Numbered from the stretch's first letter, positions 12,401-27,400 are shown. The stretch: 64,000 nucleotides of DNA from Sphyrna mokarran (GCA_024679065.1 JAGIQG010000034.1:13516001-13580000), one strand, 5' to 3'. Translations and numbers: made by a program. The notes: a model not told the origin generated them from the letters alone.

Positions 12401-15400
12401 AGTGAAAGTTGAAATAGGGCAAGGACAAAAAGAAGTTCTGTCATTGTCTGGAAGACTGGAGAGGTTGATTTTATGTCAGATTTCTAACACCTGCAATATT
12501 CTGCTTATCTGTTGGATTTTAGGAAATCAGTTCTGAGAATAGCCCCAATTTTCCAAACCATTCAAACTGCACATATATATTTGATAGTCGTGCTGTGGAA
12601 TAAATTATGCTAGTTTGAACACAAGGTAGTTTGCCAAATTAATTTTTTGGCTCCTTTTATACTTTGAATATGCTGCAAACTTCCTAATTTCCATTAAATA
12701 TCTCGTATGCCAGTTCAACTGTATACCCTGACTGCCTGTTCTGAAAGATATCCATAAACAGACACAAAAGATTTACTTAGTGCAGAAGCATAGCTGAACA
12801 ATATTGGATGGTGGCGATAGATGAATTGACTGCGCAGATAGTGAGTGTTTCAAACTCTTGTTTGAAATTTTCTTAGTGGCCTCATGATTGCAGCAATCGA
12901 CAAATCTATTCAAATAAAACCTGGCTATCAAATTTATTATTCAGAATTTTGCAGGCAATTCTTCTATTACTGACATTTTACTTGTAACTCATTTATTTTC
13001 ATATCGGGCAACTTGCATAGCTTTCTTCAAATAGGCTGACGTTGACGTAGGAACAGCTGTTCTTCCCATTTGAAAGGATGTTTGTCTAACAGAACACCAA
13101 GAGACCTGAAAGGCCCCCACTGTCGATACTTGACGCCAAGCACAAGCAACCAAACCAGTTCAGCCTGTTCAGTTGCACAAACCCTCCCTTCCCTGCACCC
13201 TGAACTCCAGTGCTGACATCTGCAGAATACTGCAAGTGTGGGGCCACAGACGTTTTCAAAAGACACCATTATAAAATCCCTTCCCTTTATTTAACTTTTT
13301 TTTAAAGAAGCAATATTTGGTTGTGAAATAAAGTATCAAAATACTGGCATGGCAACATTAGAAAGTTTGTGGAATGATATGCAGTGCCGTAAATCTAAAA
13401 CACATGACCTTATCGACAGCCTTTCTCACTTGCTTTTGGTTTACCAATTCTCAGTGTGAGCTTGTGCATCATCCTTTGATATAAAATCTCTGCCTGAACT
13501 ACAGTTGAATATTTATTTTTGTTTGGGTTGGGGAAAGCTGAACCCACCAGAAATTCTGGTGTAGCGTTTAATTTTAGTGAGTGAACTATCCTGCCTGATA
13601 ATGTGCCAGTATTTGATAGAATGCACTGCGTCATGTTCTGCAAACGCACAGACCTCTTTACTGTACACTATTCATTCTCCATTTAGATCCTGATCATTGT
13701 CAGGTTATTTTCTTCGCTGGCAGGGTGGAAGAGTTTAGTAAGATATTACTGGGGGAGCCTAGCAATGTGGCTGCAGATTCCAGTCAGTCACGTGTTTTGC
13801 ATTCAGGGGAAGGGGCTGCAATCCTGTAGTGCTCACCCATTCAGAGACCCTCAAAAGAAAGGAAAGGAGTTTGCATTTCCACAAATCCGGTGACTGGCGA
13901 GTCCACAAGTATCACGCTCGGGAGAGAAGTGATGCTAATTGAAGTAAATTCCTCCTTTGTTCTTATTCAAATTCTTTTCAATAGTTTGAGTTTAGGGCAC
14001 TACTTCGTGGCATGACTGTGAATTAACATTGCCTTTCTTGTGAGCTTGTTGGCACTTGTAAATGTGACACCATAAAGCAGCTGAGCACTGGCGAATGCGT
14101 TAATCTTTCACACCTGTGGGTATGCTGGGGCAAACCATTCACAGTTCAGCTGTTTGGTGATAAATTCAGTTGATCAAGAATGAAAATGAACTCTCTCGCT
14201 GCTCAGAACTTGGAGGAAAACCTCTAATGGAATAGTCAAGTAATTCTCTGGCACCCTCTTTTCAATCACCATTTCCTGTCATTTCACAAGTCCTGCCATG
14301 TTACTATTTCTTTATTTCCATTGTACTTCACACCACAGTTTTGGATTAAACTAGAACTAAAACATGCTTTGGTATCAAATCTTCAGAGTGTTGGTGGCCA
14401 CTAGACAGTCCAGTTTCAGAATTGGCTCTTAATTGCACCGTAGAACAGAGCGATAAGAAAGTTTAGTAGTTTGATAATCATGCTTAAAAACATTAGATTG
14501 TCTTTTGTTAAATCCAACCAAATGCATGCTCATGTTAATTTAGCTTGTTTTCACTTAATGTAAAATGGATTTGCTTTGTGCAAGTATACAGTGTGCTTTT
14601 TGAGGTCTTGCTCTATCTGATTATACAGTAGGAAAGAAAGGCAGTTTACCTTAGCAGTGAAATACACAGCTCAATGCATTAATGAATGTTGTTTAAATGT
14701 GCAGATCAGGCCTTGCAACTTATCCTCATCTTTACTGATATCAGATGGGTAATAGGGAAATTATTGGAAAAAATTCTGAGAAAGCGCATCTATCTGCATT
14801 TGGAGGGGCAAGGTTTGATCAGGGATAGTCAGCATGGCTTTGTCAAAGGGACGTCATGCCTAACAAATTTGATGGAAATTTTTGAGTAGGTGACCAGGTG
14901 TATAGATGAGGATAATGCAGTTGATCTCATATGGATTTCAGCAAAGCCTTTGATAAGGTCCCACTTGGAATACTTACAAAGAAGGCAAATGCACATGGGA
15001 TATTGGATAATTTGATAAAGTGAATTCAAAATTAGCTTAGTTGTCGGAGACATAGGGCGAAAAAGAAGGCTGCTCTAGTGACTGGAAGCCAGTATCCAGT
15101 GGTGTATCACAGGTGCTGGGTCCCCTATTATTCATCATTTTATATAAACAGCATAGGTGACTATGTCGGAGGTAAAATTAGTAAGTTTGTGGATGACACA
15201 AAGATTGGCCAAGTGGCTAACAGTGAAGCTGAATGTCTTGGACTATAAGAAGATAGAGACGAGATGGTCATGTGGACAGATGAGTGGCCGGTGGAATTTA
15301 AGTGAAAAAAGTGATACACTTTAGAAGGAGTAATTTGACGAGGAAATATTCAATGAATGGCATAGCACTTAGAAGTTCTGAGCCATAAAAAGACCTTGAC

Positions 15401-18400
15401 ATGTTTGTCCATAAATCTCTGAAAATGGGTGGGCATGTTAGTAGGGTAAAGAAGAAGATATATGGGACACTTGCCTTTATTAAATAAAGCATAGATTGCA
15501 AAAGCAGCAAAGCCATGTTGGAATTGTGTAGAACTTTGGCTGCAGTATTGTGTGCATTTCTGTTCGCCACGTTGTAAAAGGATTTCTTAATTTATTTTTT
15601 TATTAGTATCACAAGTAGGTTTACATTAATGCTGCAATAAAGCTATCGTAAAAGTCCGTTGTCGCATATCTCAGTGCCTCTTTAGGTACACTGAGGGAGA
15701 ATTTAGCATGCCCAGCGCACGTAACTAGAATGTCTTTTGGACAGAGGGAGGAAACTGGAGCACCCGGAGGAAACCCACACAGACATGGGGGGAACATGCA
15801 GACTCTGCACAGACAGTGACTCAAGCTGGGAATCGAACCCAGGCCCTAGTGCTTTGAGGCAGCGGTGCTAACCACCTGCTGCCCCACTGTGCCATTACAC
15901 CACCCTATTTGATCGCACTGGAGGGGGTGCAGAGGAGATTCACCAGGATGTAGCCTGGAATGGAACATTAATGAAGAGAAGTTAGATAGACTTAGGTTGC
16001 TTTCATTGGCACAGATAAGACTGAGGAGTGGCCTGATAGAGGTGTACAAGATTTTGTGAGCCAGTAATGATTATGAGGAGCATGGGCAGGGTGGAAAGGG
16101 GGCAGCTATTTTCCTTAGTTGAAAATTCGGTTATGAGAGGACACAAGTTCAGTGTGTGGGAATGTGAGAAAAAATGATTTTACCCAGAGGATGGTGAGGG
16201 ACCGGAATGTGGTGCCTGGGAGAGGGATGGTGGCAGGATGCCTTGCATCCTTTAAAATGTACCTGGATGAGCATTTCACACATCATAAAGTTCAGCGCTA
16301 TGGGCAAGTGCTGGTAAATGGACTGGGTAGGAGGCCAGGTGTTTCTCAAATGTGGGTGCAGACCGGATGGGCTGAAGGGCTGCTTCTGCACAGTATGATT
16401 CAGATTCTGTGAAAGTTGGCAAATAGCCAACACGCCAGTAAGAAACCTACTTCACAGCTATAAAACACTGGAACATTGAGAGAGGGTTAAAGCAGCTGAG
16501 ACTAGGACTTGCTGCACTTCGGGGAAGAGCTGGCCAACAACTTGACTAGTCATGGATCTCCAGAGCTCAATGGTGGGCACTGCCGAGAGTCCAGGAACGA
16601 ATGCAATACCTCCATGGAAAACTTTTGGTCGGTTGGAGAGGGATATGATAGGGGGTTCTATTTTGCATGATAGACAGATGGGAAGGAAATTGTAGGTGGT
16701 GGCATTTGGAGAGGGGGCAAGGGGGCTGAGAATGGAACTTGCTGCTCTTTGGACAGGCTTGCTGTCCTGGTTGTGTTCAGTTTGGTGATTATGCTACAGA
16801 GGTGAAAGAGCTGCTTCCAAAGTCAGCATTCTGGAGAAAGGGAAGAAATCAAGCAGGTGGAGAATCCTTTAAATACATCTTGCAAATAAACTTTATTTAT
16901 TTGCAGGTGCAGCTACTGTATCATAAAGTGTTAAAGTTTATATATTTATTAGTGTCACAATAGGCTTACATTAACACTGCAATGAAGTTACTGTGAAAAT
17001 CCCCTACTCGCCACACTCGGGCGCTGTCCAGGAACACTGAGGGAGAATTTAGCGTGGCCATTGCACATAACCAGCAAGTCTTTGGAGTGTGGGAGAAAAC
17101 CAGAGCTCCCTAAGGAAACCCATGCAGACATGGGGAGAATATGCAGACTCCACACAGACAGTCACTCAAGCCGGGAATTGAACCCAGGTCCCTGGAACTG
17201 TGAGGAAACAATGCTGACCAGCATGCCACCATGTGACCCATGATACAGCTTATACCTTCAAATCTCCTCTGGATAATTTGAAGTTTAAAATATTGCTAAT
17301 TTGAAAAGCTAGGAATGTAGTTGCGTGGCCATGATTATGCGCTGTAGTTTTGTGGATCATGATGAAGATAACAGGTAATTAAAATGCATGTCAGCTATTG
17401 CAGGTACACACACATGTTTAAGTAAAACTTTCATTTTACTTTATTGTCTGTTTATTTATATTTTTCAGCAGACAGATGAAGCAGCACAGACAGATGGGCA
17501 ACAACAAACACAGAATACTGAGAGCAGTGAGAGCAAACCCATCCCTAAACGGCTTCACGTCTCCAACATTCCCTTCCGGTTCCGTGATCCTGACCTCCGG
17601 CAAATGTTTGGGGTAAGGGATGAGCTGTTCAGAGATTCATGTTAAAATAAAATTTCCCATTAGAGATGTGGAATTACCTCAGGCAGACAATTTACTTGTG
17701 GCACTATTGTCCAAAAATGCAGTTCCTAATGAAACATTGTAAAATGCCACTTAAAATAATGCCACAGAATTGGATAATACTGCTGTTTATAAAATAGATC
17801 TAAAACCTAGTCTCCCCCACATAGCCAAATGAGGACCATTATCGGATACCTAACTGTTGCAACTACCCCCTGTGAATTAGACAGTTTTTCCAATTGATAA
17901 TTCCACTGCTGAGTATTATTCACAGTAGGAAGGGATAGGAGAATTAATGTTCACGCTTTACTTGTAATTTTTCTTCATGGGATGTGGGTGTCTCGGGCAA
18001 GGCTTGCATTTATTGCTCATTTCTAAATGCCTCTGCCTCTGAGAAGGCAATGATAAGTTACTGCTCTGCGCTACTGCAGTTTTTATAGTGTAAATACACA
18101 CCTGGTGCTATTTGAAAGCCAGTTCCAAGATTTTGACCCAGCAATAATGACAGGGTGATAATATACAAGTCCACATGGTATGTATCTTGAAGCAGGAGTT
18201 TGTAGATAGTGATGTCTCAACTGTCTGATGTCTTTGTGCTCTTAGATGGTTGAAGTCATAGTTTCTTCAGCATAACTTCTAAACTATAGTAAATTGCTGC
18301 ACTGCATCCTGTTGAAGACTAATCCCTGCAGCCATAATGTGCAATGGTAAATGGAAGTCACCAAATGCAAGGAAGGATGTGAAGGTTCTTGACAGTGTGG

Positions 18401-21400
18401 TGGCAGTGCACCAGAATAGATGGGGAAATTTAGCTACAAGATTGGGTTGGTGAAGCTGGGGTTTTTGGAGCAAGTGAGGTTAAGGGGAAATTTGATAAAA
18501 AGTGTAGAAGATTATGACAGGTTTAAATGAGAATGAAGAAGCTGATGACGCGAGTTAAAGACTGTTGACAAGATATAGGGGAGTTGTGAGAAAATGGTTT
18601 TCTGTGCATCAAGTGATAACCTGTTGCTTACAAGAAGAGTGAAAATGGAGACTAGCAATAATTACAAAAGTGAATTTGTGTTGGAGTGTTGGGGGTGGAG
18701 AACTCTGCGTTTAGAACATGGGATTGAGACTGACTGGATTGCTATAGAGGGAGTTGGCATAAATTTGAAGAGCCAAATATCTCCTCTTTGCCTCATTATG
18801 GAAACTTGAAAACAGGTTTGTTTGGGGCTATGGCTTGTTTGTGAGTTAATTTGAAGGAAATTTAATCTTCCAACTTGCACATAATTTTAGCAGTTGGAAG
18901 TATTTCCTGTTGAATTTGCGCAAGTGAGAGATATTCTGCCCAAGCACCACCAGCTTAGATAAGCACAAAGTTCATCTGTAAAAAAAAAAGTTAAATTGCC
19001 CTGTTCTCACCCACATATTGAAGCTCCCTCTGCATGTTAATGACATCTAAGTGCACATTCTGTTTCATATTACTTTAAATAGAAAATTTGACAACTGTTG
19101 TATTTGTCTTAACAGTAACTACTGTCGTGACAAATTAAATATTTTTGATTCACTGAGTGGAAAGATTACAGAGTAACGGTGCAGTTGAATTGTCCTTGCA
19201 AATCACCAGCCCCTATCTCAAAAATCCCTTTCATCTACAGAGTTCTTGAATGTATTATCTCTTCCGAATCAATCATGCCCATCTTTCCCAGAGCTGCATT
19301 TCAATCCCTCCAGTCCAGTTTCCACCCCGCTATGGACCAGCATAGTGATCAAACTTTCAGATAACAGCCTATAACTGTGACAAGGATAAACTTCCCCTTC
19401 TTGCCCTTTTCAACCTGTCAGCAACCTTTGATGCAGTTGATCCCATCATCTTCCTCCAGTGCCTCTCCACTGTCATCCAGCTGGGTAAGACTGCTGTCAC
19501 CTGGTTTCATTCTTATCTCTATTAACCACATTCACTTCAATTCTATCCTTGGCCCCCTTTTATTCTTCATTTACATACTGCCCATAGGTGATATTGTTTA
19601 AAACACAGTGTTTGTATGTGCATGCTGGTGATGCCCAGCTCACCTCAGCACCAGCCTCTCAACTACACCACTGCTACTAAATTATCAGACTGATTATCTG
19701 ACACCCAGTACGAGATGAAATTTCCTCAAAGTTAAGCTTTGGGAAAACTGAAACCATTGTTTTGGTTCTGCTGTAAGCATGGTTCCTTAGTTATTGACTC
19801 CACCCACTCCCTGGAAACTCTGCCTCCATAACACTGGCTTCTTTATCTCCAAACTTAAAGAAGGAAGGGTGAGAGAACACAGTCCTTCAGACCTGTTAGT
19901 TTGCCATAAGTAGTAGGGAAAATGTTAGAATATAAAGGATGTGGTAACACTTAGAACATAACATGTTTGTGTAGAGTCAAAATGGATTTATCAGAAGGAA
20001 GTCATGCTTGACAAACCGATTGAAGTCTTTTGAGTATGTTACTTATAGCATAGATAAAGGAGAACCAATGGATGTGGTGTATTTGGCTTTTCAGCAGGCT
20101 TTTGTTAAGGTCCACCACAGGAGGTTGATAAACAAAGTTAGAACAAATGGGATTGGTGGGAAGATGCTGATTTGGATTGAGAATTGGTCAACAAACAAAA
20201 TCAGAGTAGCAAGAAATAGGGTGTTCTTTGAATGGCAGGCTGTTACGGGTGGAATATCACAAAGATTAGTACTGGGCAACAGTTGTTCATAATCTATATA
20301 AATGATTTGGATGTGGTGGTCAAATGTAGTGGTTCCAGATTTGCCAGTGACGCGAGGCAAGGTCGGATTGTGAGCTGTAAGGAGGATGCCAAGGAGGCAT
20401 GAAGGGAATTTGGACAGGCTTTAGTGAAAGGGGCAAGACGGGGGAGAACATGGCAGGTGGATATAATGTGAATATGTTATCCGATTTGGAAGAAAAATCA
20501 AGCAGAGCATTTCTTACACACTTCCCAACATTTCATTGTTTATGGCCAAAATGGATGTGGATGTCCTTGTTCCTGAGTGACTAAAAGCTAATATGCAGCA
20601 AGCAATTTGGGAGACAAATGGTACATTGGCTTTCATGCAAGGGGAATTGAGTACGGAAGTAAAGATGTCTTGCTGCAATTGTATTGAGCCTTGATGAGTC
20701 CACACCTGGATGTTGTATACAGTTTTGATCTGCTTTTCTCCGGAAGGATGTATTTTATGGAGAGAAACAGCAACAGAGATTCATCAGACTAATCTGTGGG
20801 GTGGAGGTATTGTCTTATGAGAAGAGACTGAGGAAAAGGAATCTATATTTGGAGTTTTGAAGAATGAGAGGTAACCTCCATTGAGCTTACAAAATTCTTG
20901 CAGGGTAGATGCTGATCGGGTCTTTCACCTGGCTGGTGAGTCTCGAATCATGGGAGACGCTGTCAGAATATGGGACTGAGATGAGAAAGAAGCTCCAGAG
21001 GGTTATGGAAACTCAATTATTGAGCATAAGCAAGACAGAAATAGGTAGATTCCTGGATAATAATGGCATCAAGGGATATAGGGCTCTGCGGGAAATGCTT
21101 CCATATAGTTAATCAACCATGATCTGTTTGAGTGGCAGGGCAAGCTGGCAGGGTTCAATAGTCAGTCCATCTATTTCCTATCTACCTAATTTATGCTCTA
21201 TCATTCTCCATTCACCTATCAGCCCTGTGATTGCTGATCTACATTGCCTCCTGCTCAAGCAGAGTCTCGATTTAAAAATTCTTAATCTTGTTTTCAACTC
21301 TGTCCGCGGTTTGCCCCCCTCTATCTCTTAAACTTCCTTCGGCCCACAATCCTCAACCTCCAAGATATCAGCATCTTGTGTGGGCCCCAAGCTCTGGGAA

Positions 21401-24400
21401 GCCCTCTCCACTTTGCATTTCTCCTTTAAGACATTCCTTGAGACCCCTCTGCAACCCCACCCTTTTTGTCATCTGCCCCAGTACCTCCTGATGCAACTTT
21501 ACATATTTTGCTTTGAAATGGTGCTGTGAAGCACCATAGGATGTTTTATTATGTTAAAGGCGCTATATAAATATAATTTGTTATTGTTCTGATAACAGAA
21601 GATGTGAGTGGCTCACCATGTTTTTTGAAAGCAGCTAGTCAGTAACCTTACCCAACTGAACATCCTTAATGTGCAATAAATGGCACAAGAAATATCCATA
21701 TAAGGTTTGTTAATCCTTTATCTGCTGACTGGATAGTTTGTCCAGTGTTTGATAGAAAATTCTGTCCATATTTGTGCCTCCAAATTCTATGCCATCAGAT
21801 GTTAAACAAATAATTGCAAATCCTGGATTTACAGAGTTTCTCATTGAGTTTTGGAATGAACTGAAGAATTGTGGAACAAACTCCTGAAGCGTTGACATTT
21901 TGTTTGTTTTATTTTGCAAACAAATCAAATAAAGTTTAATATCAAAGGACACAAAGCACCGTTAAACATGAAAGATTGACCAATCCTTCCGTTGGTTATG
22001 TTTAATTAGGTTAAGTGGATTAAAGTTAGCTGCGTTTGAATTTGAATTCTAGGGTGCTAGTGGCAGTCAGCTGCTCTCAACTAATCCATCCACTTAAAAA
22101 AAAGTTTACTGCGAGGCTAATGGAGTTCGTTTTGGAGTGTAATTCCTGATATCAAGAATGCCAATCTCCTGAAATAACACTCGCATTTTTACAGCACCAC
22201 AAATTTAGAAAAATGACCCAAAGCACTTGTCAGTGGTGTTACCATAAAAAGCAGATGAGTCTAAGAAAGAGGGAGGAGGAGGCGTAAGTGCACTCAAAGT
22301 CGCACTGATAGAGAGTTTGGAGAACTACAGCTCTTGGACTGAAGGTTAAAGAGATTGGATGGAGGGGGAGGAAGCAAAATCAAATTAGGGATTTAAATAT
22401 TGGGATGGGAAGGGTGAGAATTTTAAATTTGAGGCAATGACACTTGCAAATTTATTCTGTGCTCACTGGTAGTTTAACAAGATCTGTGCGTCAGATTGGC
22501 AGAACAAATATCCCCATTAGCAGCAGTATAATAGCAGCTATATTGAACAGGGATTTTGAAGATTCAGAAATTGCTTAGGAGGCTCTCCTGCTGGGACTGA
22601 GAGCCCCACTGGGTTAGCTCACCGTCTTGACAGTATCAGTTCACAGGTTTTCAAGTTGGAAAACTTGCTTTAACAAGAGGACCACGTGAACGTTGGTGTC
22701 TCCCTCGACTGGCTTCTTCATGCTTGCGCAAATTTGAATTTCCTGATTTCCACAGGGAAAACTTCGTTTCGCATACACATATGAATTAGGAGCAGGAGTA
22801 ACCATTCTGTCTCAAACATGTTCCTCAAAACGTAACAGCTAACAAAGCATTCCTGTTGACTCAGAACCATCAAAAAAAAAATCTACACACCTGTCTGAAA
22901 TCTCACCACCCTGACTGGAACACACACCAAATCCCACAACCTGACATCAGCCCCACCTCTCAATGAAACACCTCCTGCTGATTGCAAATATCACCAATCA
23001 CAGTCTGGTAACTGACCCATGTGGCCAAGTCCCAGGTTTCAACAGAAACTCTACTCAGCCCCAGTTAGCTGAGGCCAGGCCAGGCAAAGTGACACCACGA
23101 CCCCACATTGTGACTGGACCATCCAAGTCAGACCATCACCCAAACACTGAACTTCTGCTCAGAGAGATCCATTGCTGCAACCATTCACAGTGGATTAGCT
23201 GCAGCTATTCAACGAATTGTTAACCTCAACATCGACGAATAACTGATTTCCCCAGCCATATGAATAAAAGAAGCCATTTAGGCTGAATCAGTTGGATTTT
23301 TAGCTACTTAAGGCAGTTCAATTAATCCATTTCAATCGGAAACTCAGTGTTTGCCTTTGGGATTTGTTTCAGAATCTGTCAACTAGAGGCATGTGAAGGT
23401 TCTTTGTTTCTCTTAGTATGAAGCATTGTGTTTTTTTTTACCTGCATGATTTAGATTTATATAAAGCCAAACAAGGGCAGGGGTGAGCTTTTTAGTGCAG
23501 CTGAAGCAAATGCTCATGCATGTTATGTGAATGATGCATGATGTATGTTTTTTTGAGAAAAGGCTTGAACCTGCTGGGCTGATGTGGATAAGCAAAACAT
23601 CATGACTGATTAGGATCCAAAAGTCTGACCGTGTTTAAACAGTTTGGAACTGGCTGGAAATCCATGTCAACCATAATGGAAGAATTGCATTCAAGAATAT
23701 ATTACACACTTGATGCTTAATGGGTAAATCACTGTCTTCTGAGGGCTCTGGGGCATAAAGGTCAAAGGAAATGGATTTAGTCTCCAGTCTGTACAGTGAT
23801 AAGTAATTTCAGCTCAGAGAAGTGGTTTTACTTCCATGACTTCAGCTTAATATCCTCCAATTAGTAGACATCCTAGTCCTAATTGTTAATTGCCGACTCA
23901 AAAGTATATGACATTGGATGAGATGCAGATCAGTCTTTGCTGTGCTGCCCCTTTAAATAGTCTTTCACTGAATTTAGCCAGTAAACTTTCCTCAGGAGGA
24001 ATGACCAGTTTAGCAAGTTACTAAAGAGCTATTCTTGTACCAATGGAACTCTGTCTCACTGAAGATCAGCTCCTTTAAGAAAGTCAGTGGAAGTTTGAGA
24101 AATATGAGTTGTATATAAAGCAGAATTTTGAACTGACATTTATACTAACAAACCCTTTCTCTCTTTCCGCAGCAATTTGGTAAAATCATAGATGTAGAAA
24201 TTATATTTAATGAGCGTGGCTCCAAGGTAAGCACATCTTTAAGATTCTACATGCCAACAATCATTGCAGTCATTGTTTTTTGTAAGACTGAGGAAGCAGT
24301 TTGCTCACTGGCTATTTTAAAACTATTTCCAGTTAACATTTTCCAAAATCAGACTTTTTTGCTCTTCATTTCCACAATGTTGTAGCCTAGGTGGACAGTA

Positions 24401-27400
24401 GTTTTCAGCATCTATCTGATCTCTTCGCCAGTCTATATTTTGTAGCACTTCCTGGTAGCTGCTCTTTATGATGTAGCCATGTATTTTTTATTGACTCTTC
24501 ATTTACTCATGTCTTTTAACTGTTCACTTCACTGAATCTTTACCTAAATCAGAACTCAGAATAATAGCCATTTGTCAAGCCTTCCGTCTGGTTGATTTTA
24601 TATACTAATTAGCTGTATCTGTAGTCCAGACTCATTTTACTTGCATGCTAGTACTTGATGCTAGGAATCAATCTTCTATTCCTAAACCTGCCTATTTTTT
24701 CAGTTGAATAAATTTCTGGCTGATGGTCACTGAAGTTGGAAAATGTTGCTAGAATTGGTTTTTAATCACAGGGACAATTTGGTATAAAAGACTAATTTTG
24801 TTTGAAAGCCATTTATAGATTTTTTTCAGCTGGGCTATTCCATTTCCTCAAGAATATCACTGTGGAAATCATTTTTATTCATCTCTCCTCCTCCTCCCTG
24901 CTTGTTTTTAAATTATACAGCAGTCCGTTGTCAAGCTGCAAACATTTGTTTAATTCTGCAACAAATTTTAAAAAGGAATTTCCAAGGCATTTTCTTCTCA
25001 TTTATTGTTTCATAGATTGCTGGCAATTCTTTAAATCACAGCTGCTAGTTAAAACTATTTGTGCAGCATTGTAGTTTGGAAGGAGGAAAAGATATGATCA
25101 TCAAGAAAAAAACATGGCCGTTGCTGCATAAGTAATGTTCCCCCTCGAAATGTTCTTTATTAAACATGGCCTGTTTATTCCATTACACACAACTATTCAA
25201 TTCTTTAGGCAGCACAGGTGCAGCTTAGTGTGTTCTATGGGAAATTCAACTATTCAGCTGCCCTTATGTAATTCGAGTATAAACTATTACTTACTAAATA
25301 AATATTTCCCATATGAGATGTTATACTGTGTTAGTGCGTGTTTGTTTTTGCCAACACAGGCTGTTTAAACTTCATAGTGGAGCTGCTGAAGAAGTGCAGG
25401 TGAATTTTAGTCGAGATAACAATTTGCACACTTGTGACCCCGACTGTCATTTTATTTGCTACCATTGTTTGAAATGGAGAGGAGGTCACGGGGGAAGAGT
25501 CAAGAAGACAAAGCTGAGGTTTCTTAAGGTTCTCTTCCCCTTTCTTCTCCCAGTTTAAAAAAGAAAATAATTAAGCTCTTGCCTTTGTAAAGAGAACAAG
25601 ATGCTGCAGATTTCTCACATTTACAGATTCAGAATACTGGCAGAAATACATAAGCAACTGCAAATGCACCAGATCACATACTCAGTCGTCACATCAGTAA
25701 CCTTGCATCTCTGCTTATGGATCTTTACTGGTGTTGAGGGAAATTCTACACCAGCCAGCAATGTGATAACCAGCTCAACGTAGGGCTGAGAACACCAAAG
25801 ACAGGTCTGGGAATCAATGTTGAGCTGGTTATCACATTGCTGGCTGGTGTGGAATTTCCCTCGACACCAAGACAGATCCATGAGCAGAAACACAAGGTTA
25901 CTGAGGTGACAACTGGGTATGTGATCTGATGCATTTGTAATTATGAGTTTCTGCGTGTAATCTACCCAATTCCTAGACCTGTCTTTGGTGTTCTCAGTCC
26001 CACAGAATCCAATGTAGAATAGGTTCATGTAAACGCTTCAAAGAGCAATTTCTTGAATTGGCAGTCACTAAAATACTGCAGATGCAGGGAATCTTTAAAA
26101 CAAAAACAGAGAGTAATATGGAAATAGTCATCAAATCAAGCAGTATCTGTGAAGAAGCATGTCAGTCGATGGTCTGATGACCTGAAACAACAACATATCT
26201 GGGTTTCTGTGTTGGTATTTGCTGCTTTTGCTGAGAAAGCTCAGCAGAAGCTGATTCAGAGTCAATGATTCTGGTGTTCTGTACTGAATCAGGTCTCCTA
26301 TTTCTACATTAGATTGTAAGAGAGTAGCAGAAAGGATGAAACTAGCAATAAACAGGGAAATTGGGCATGGAGTCAATTATCTGCAGATAAAAGGTAAATG
26401 TAATTTAAACCAGTGGCAAATGTCGTGACTTCTTTATCTAGTGATTAGCAACCTGTTAATGACCTCTTCCTTGGCATTAAAAAAGTTTAAGAACTTCCAA
26501 TTTAAAATTTCTCCTAAATGGATAAACTTTGTGCTTTTACATTGAAGAAGTGGTTCTAATAGCAATAATTGTGTCGCCCTCAGTAGCATTTTCTAATCTA
26601 ATTATAAATACCCAACACCATTGTGAATCCATCAATTGACCATTGTGTCCATTTAAAAATAATTACACCAGCGTAGCCAGCACAACCTTTTCAGTTTAGA
26701 AATCGCATGTCTCCATCAGGCATCAATTAACGGCATCAGTATGAAGGACAGCAGATTCCCAGATTTTCTTATTACAATGCGATGGTCTAGTTAGAGAGAG
26801 TAACCTTGAAAAAAAGCTCCTCAGAAAGATTTGGCGATCTCTGTGGGGTGAATTTCAACCATCCCACATTAATTTCAATCTGGCACCAAGTCAAGGGGAC
26901 CGGCAGGAATCCAGCAATGATGTTATCAAACTGTGTCAGCAGCCATTCACATTGAAGAATTCTCACACACAACATCAGGAAGTGAAATGCACCATTATCT
27001 TCAATTTTTAAATAAATTTCACAGAGCAAATTAAAGATTGTGACATACATATTAGGAGCTGAAATATAAAATTTTTAAAGTATTTATTTAAAAATGGTGG
27101 AAAAATTTGACATGATATAAAGATTGTTTTATATAGGGCCAGAGCTATTTGTCAGCAGCTTAGCACTTTGTGCAAACTCCAGTTAATGAATTATAACTTT
27201 TAGCAGCTTTTAGAAATGATTTAATAGCATAAAAGAGACAGCCTTCTCAATTTTGAGATTTCTAATTGATTACTGTATGTGAGGACTTCAGGCAGCAAAA
27301 GATCACTAACACTAACTTCTGAATTTCTGCTTTTAATGGGTGCCTGTCAGACAGCAGAAGTTGCTGTTGGTTCCACAGTGTAATGACAGGAAATACTTGA

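Noticed and set aside
22830-23280. C/A-rich block ending near AATAAA
   Set aside because: Probably an unclassified retroelement fragment; no diagnostic motif recognised.
25640-26003. H-type pseudoknot or pre-miRNA reading of the inverted repeat
   Set aside because: A 13-nt linker cannot span a stem of about 135 bp, and the stem and loop are much larger than a typical pre-miRNA.
25601-26028. Similar peptides on opposite strands (MHQITY...[16 protein letters not shown])
   Set aside because: A by-product of the inverted repeat, not duplicated genes.
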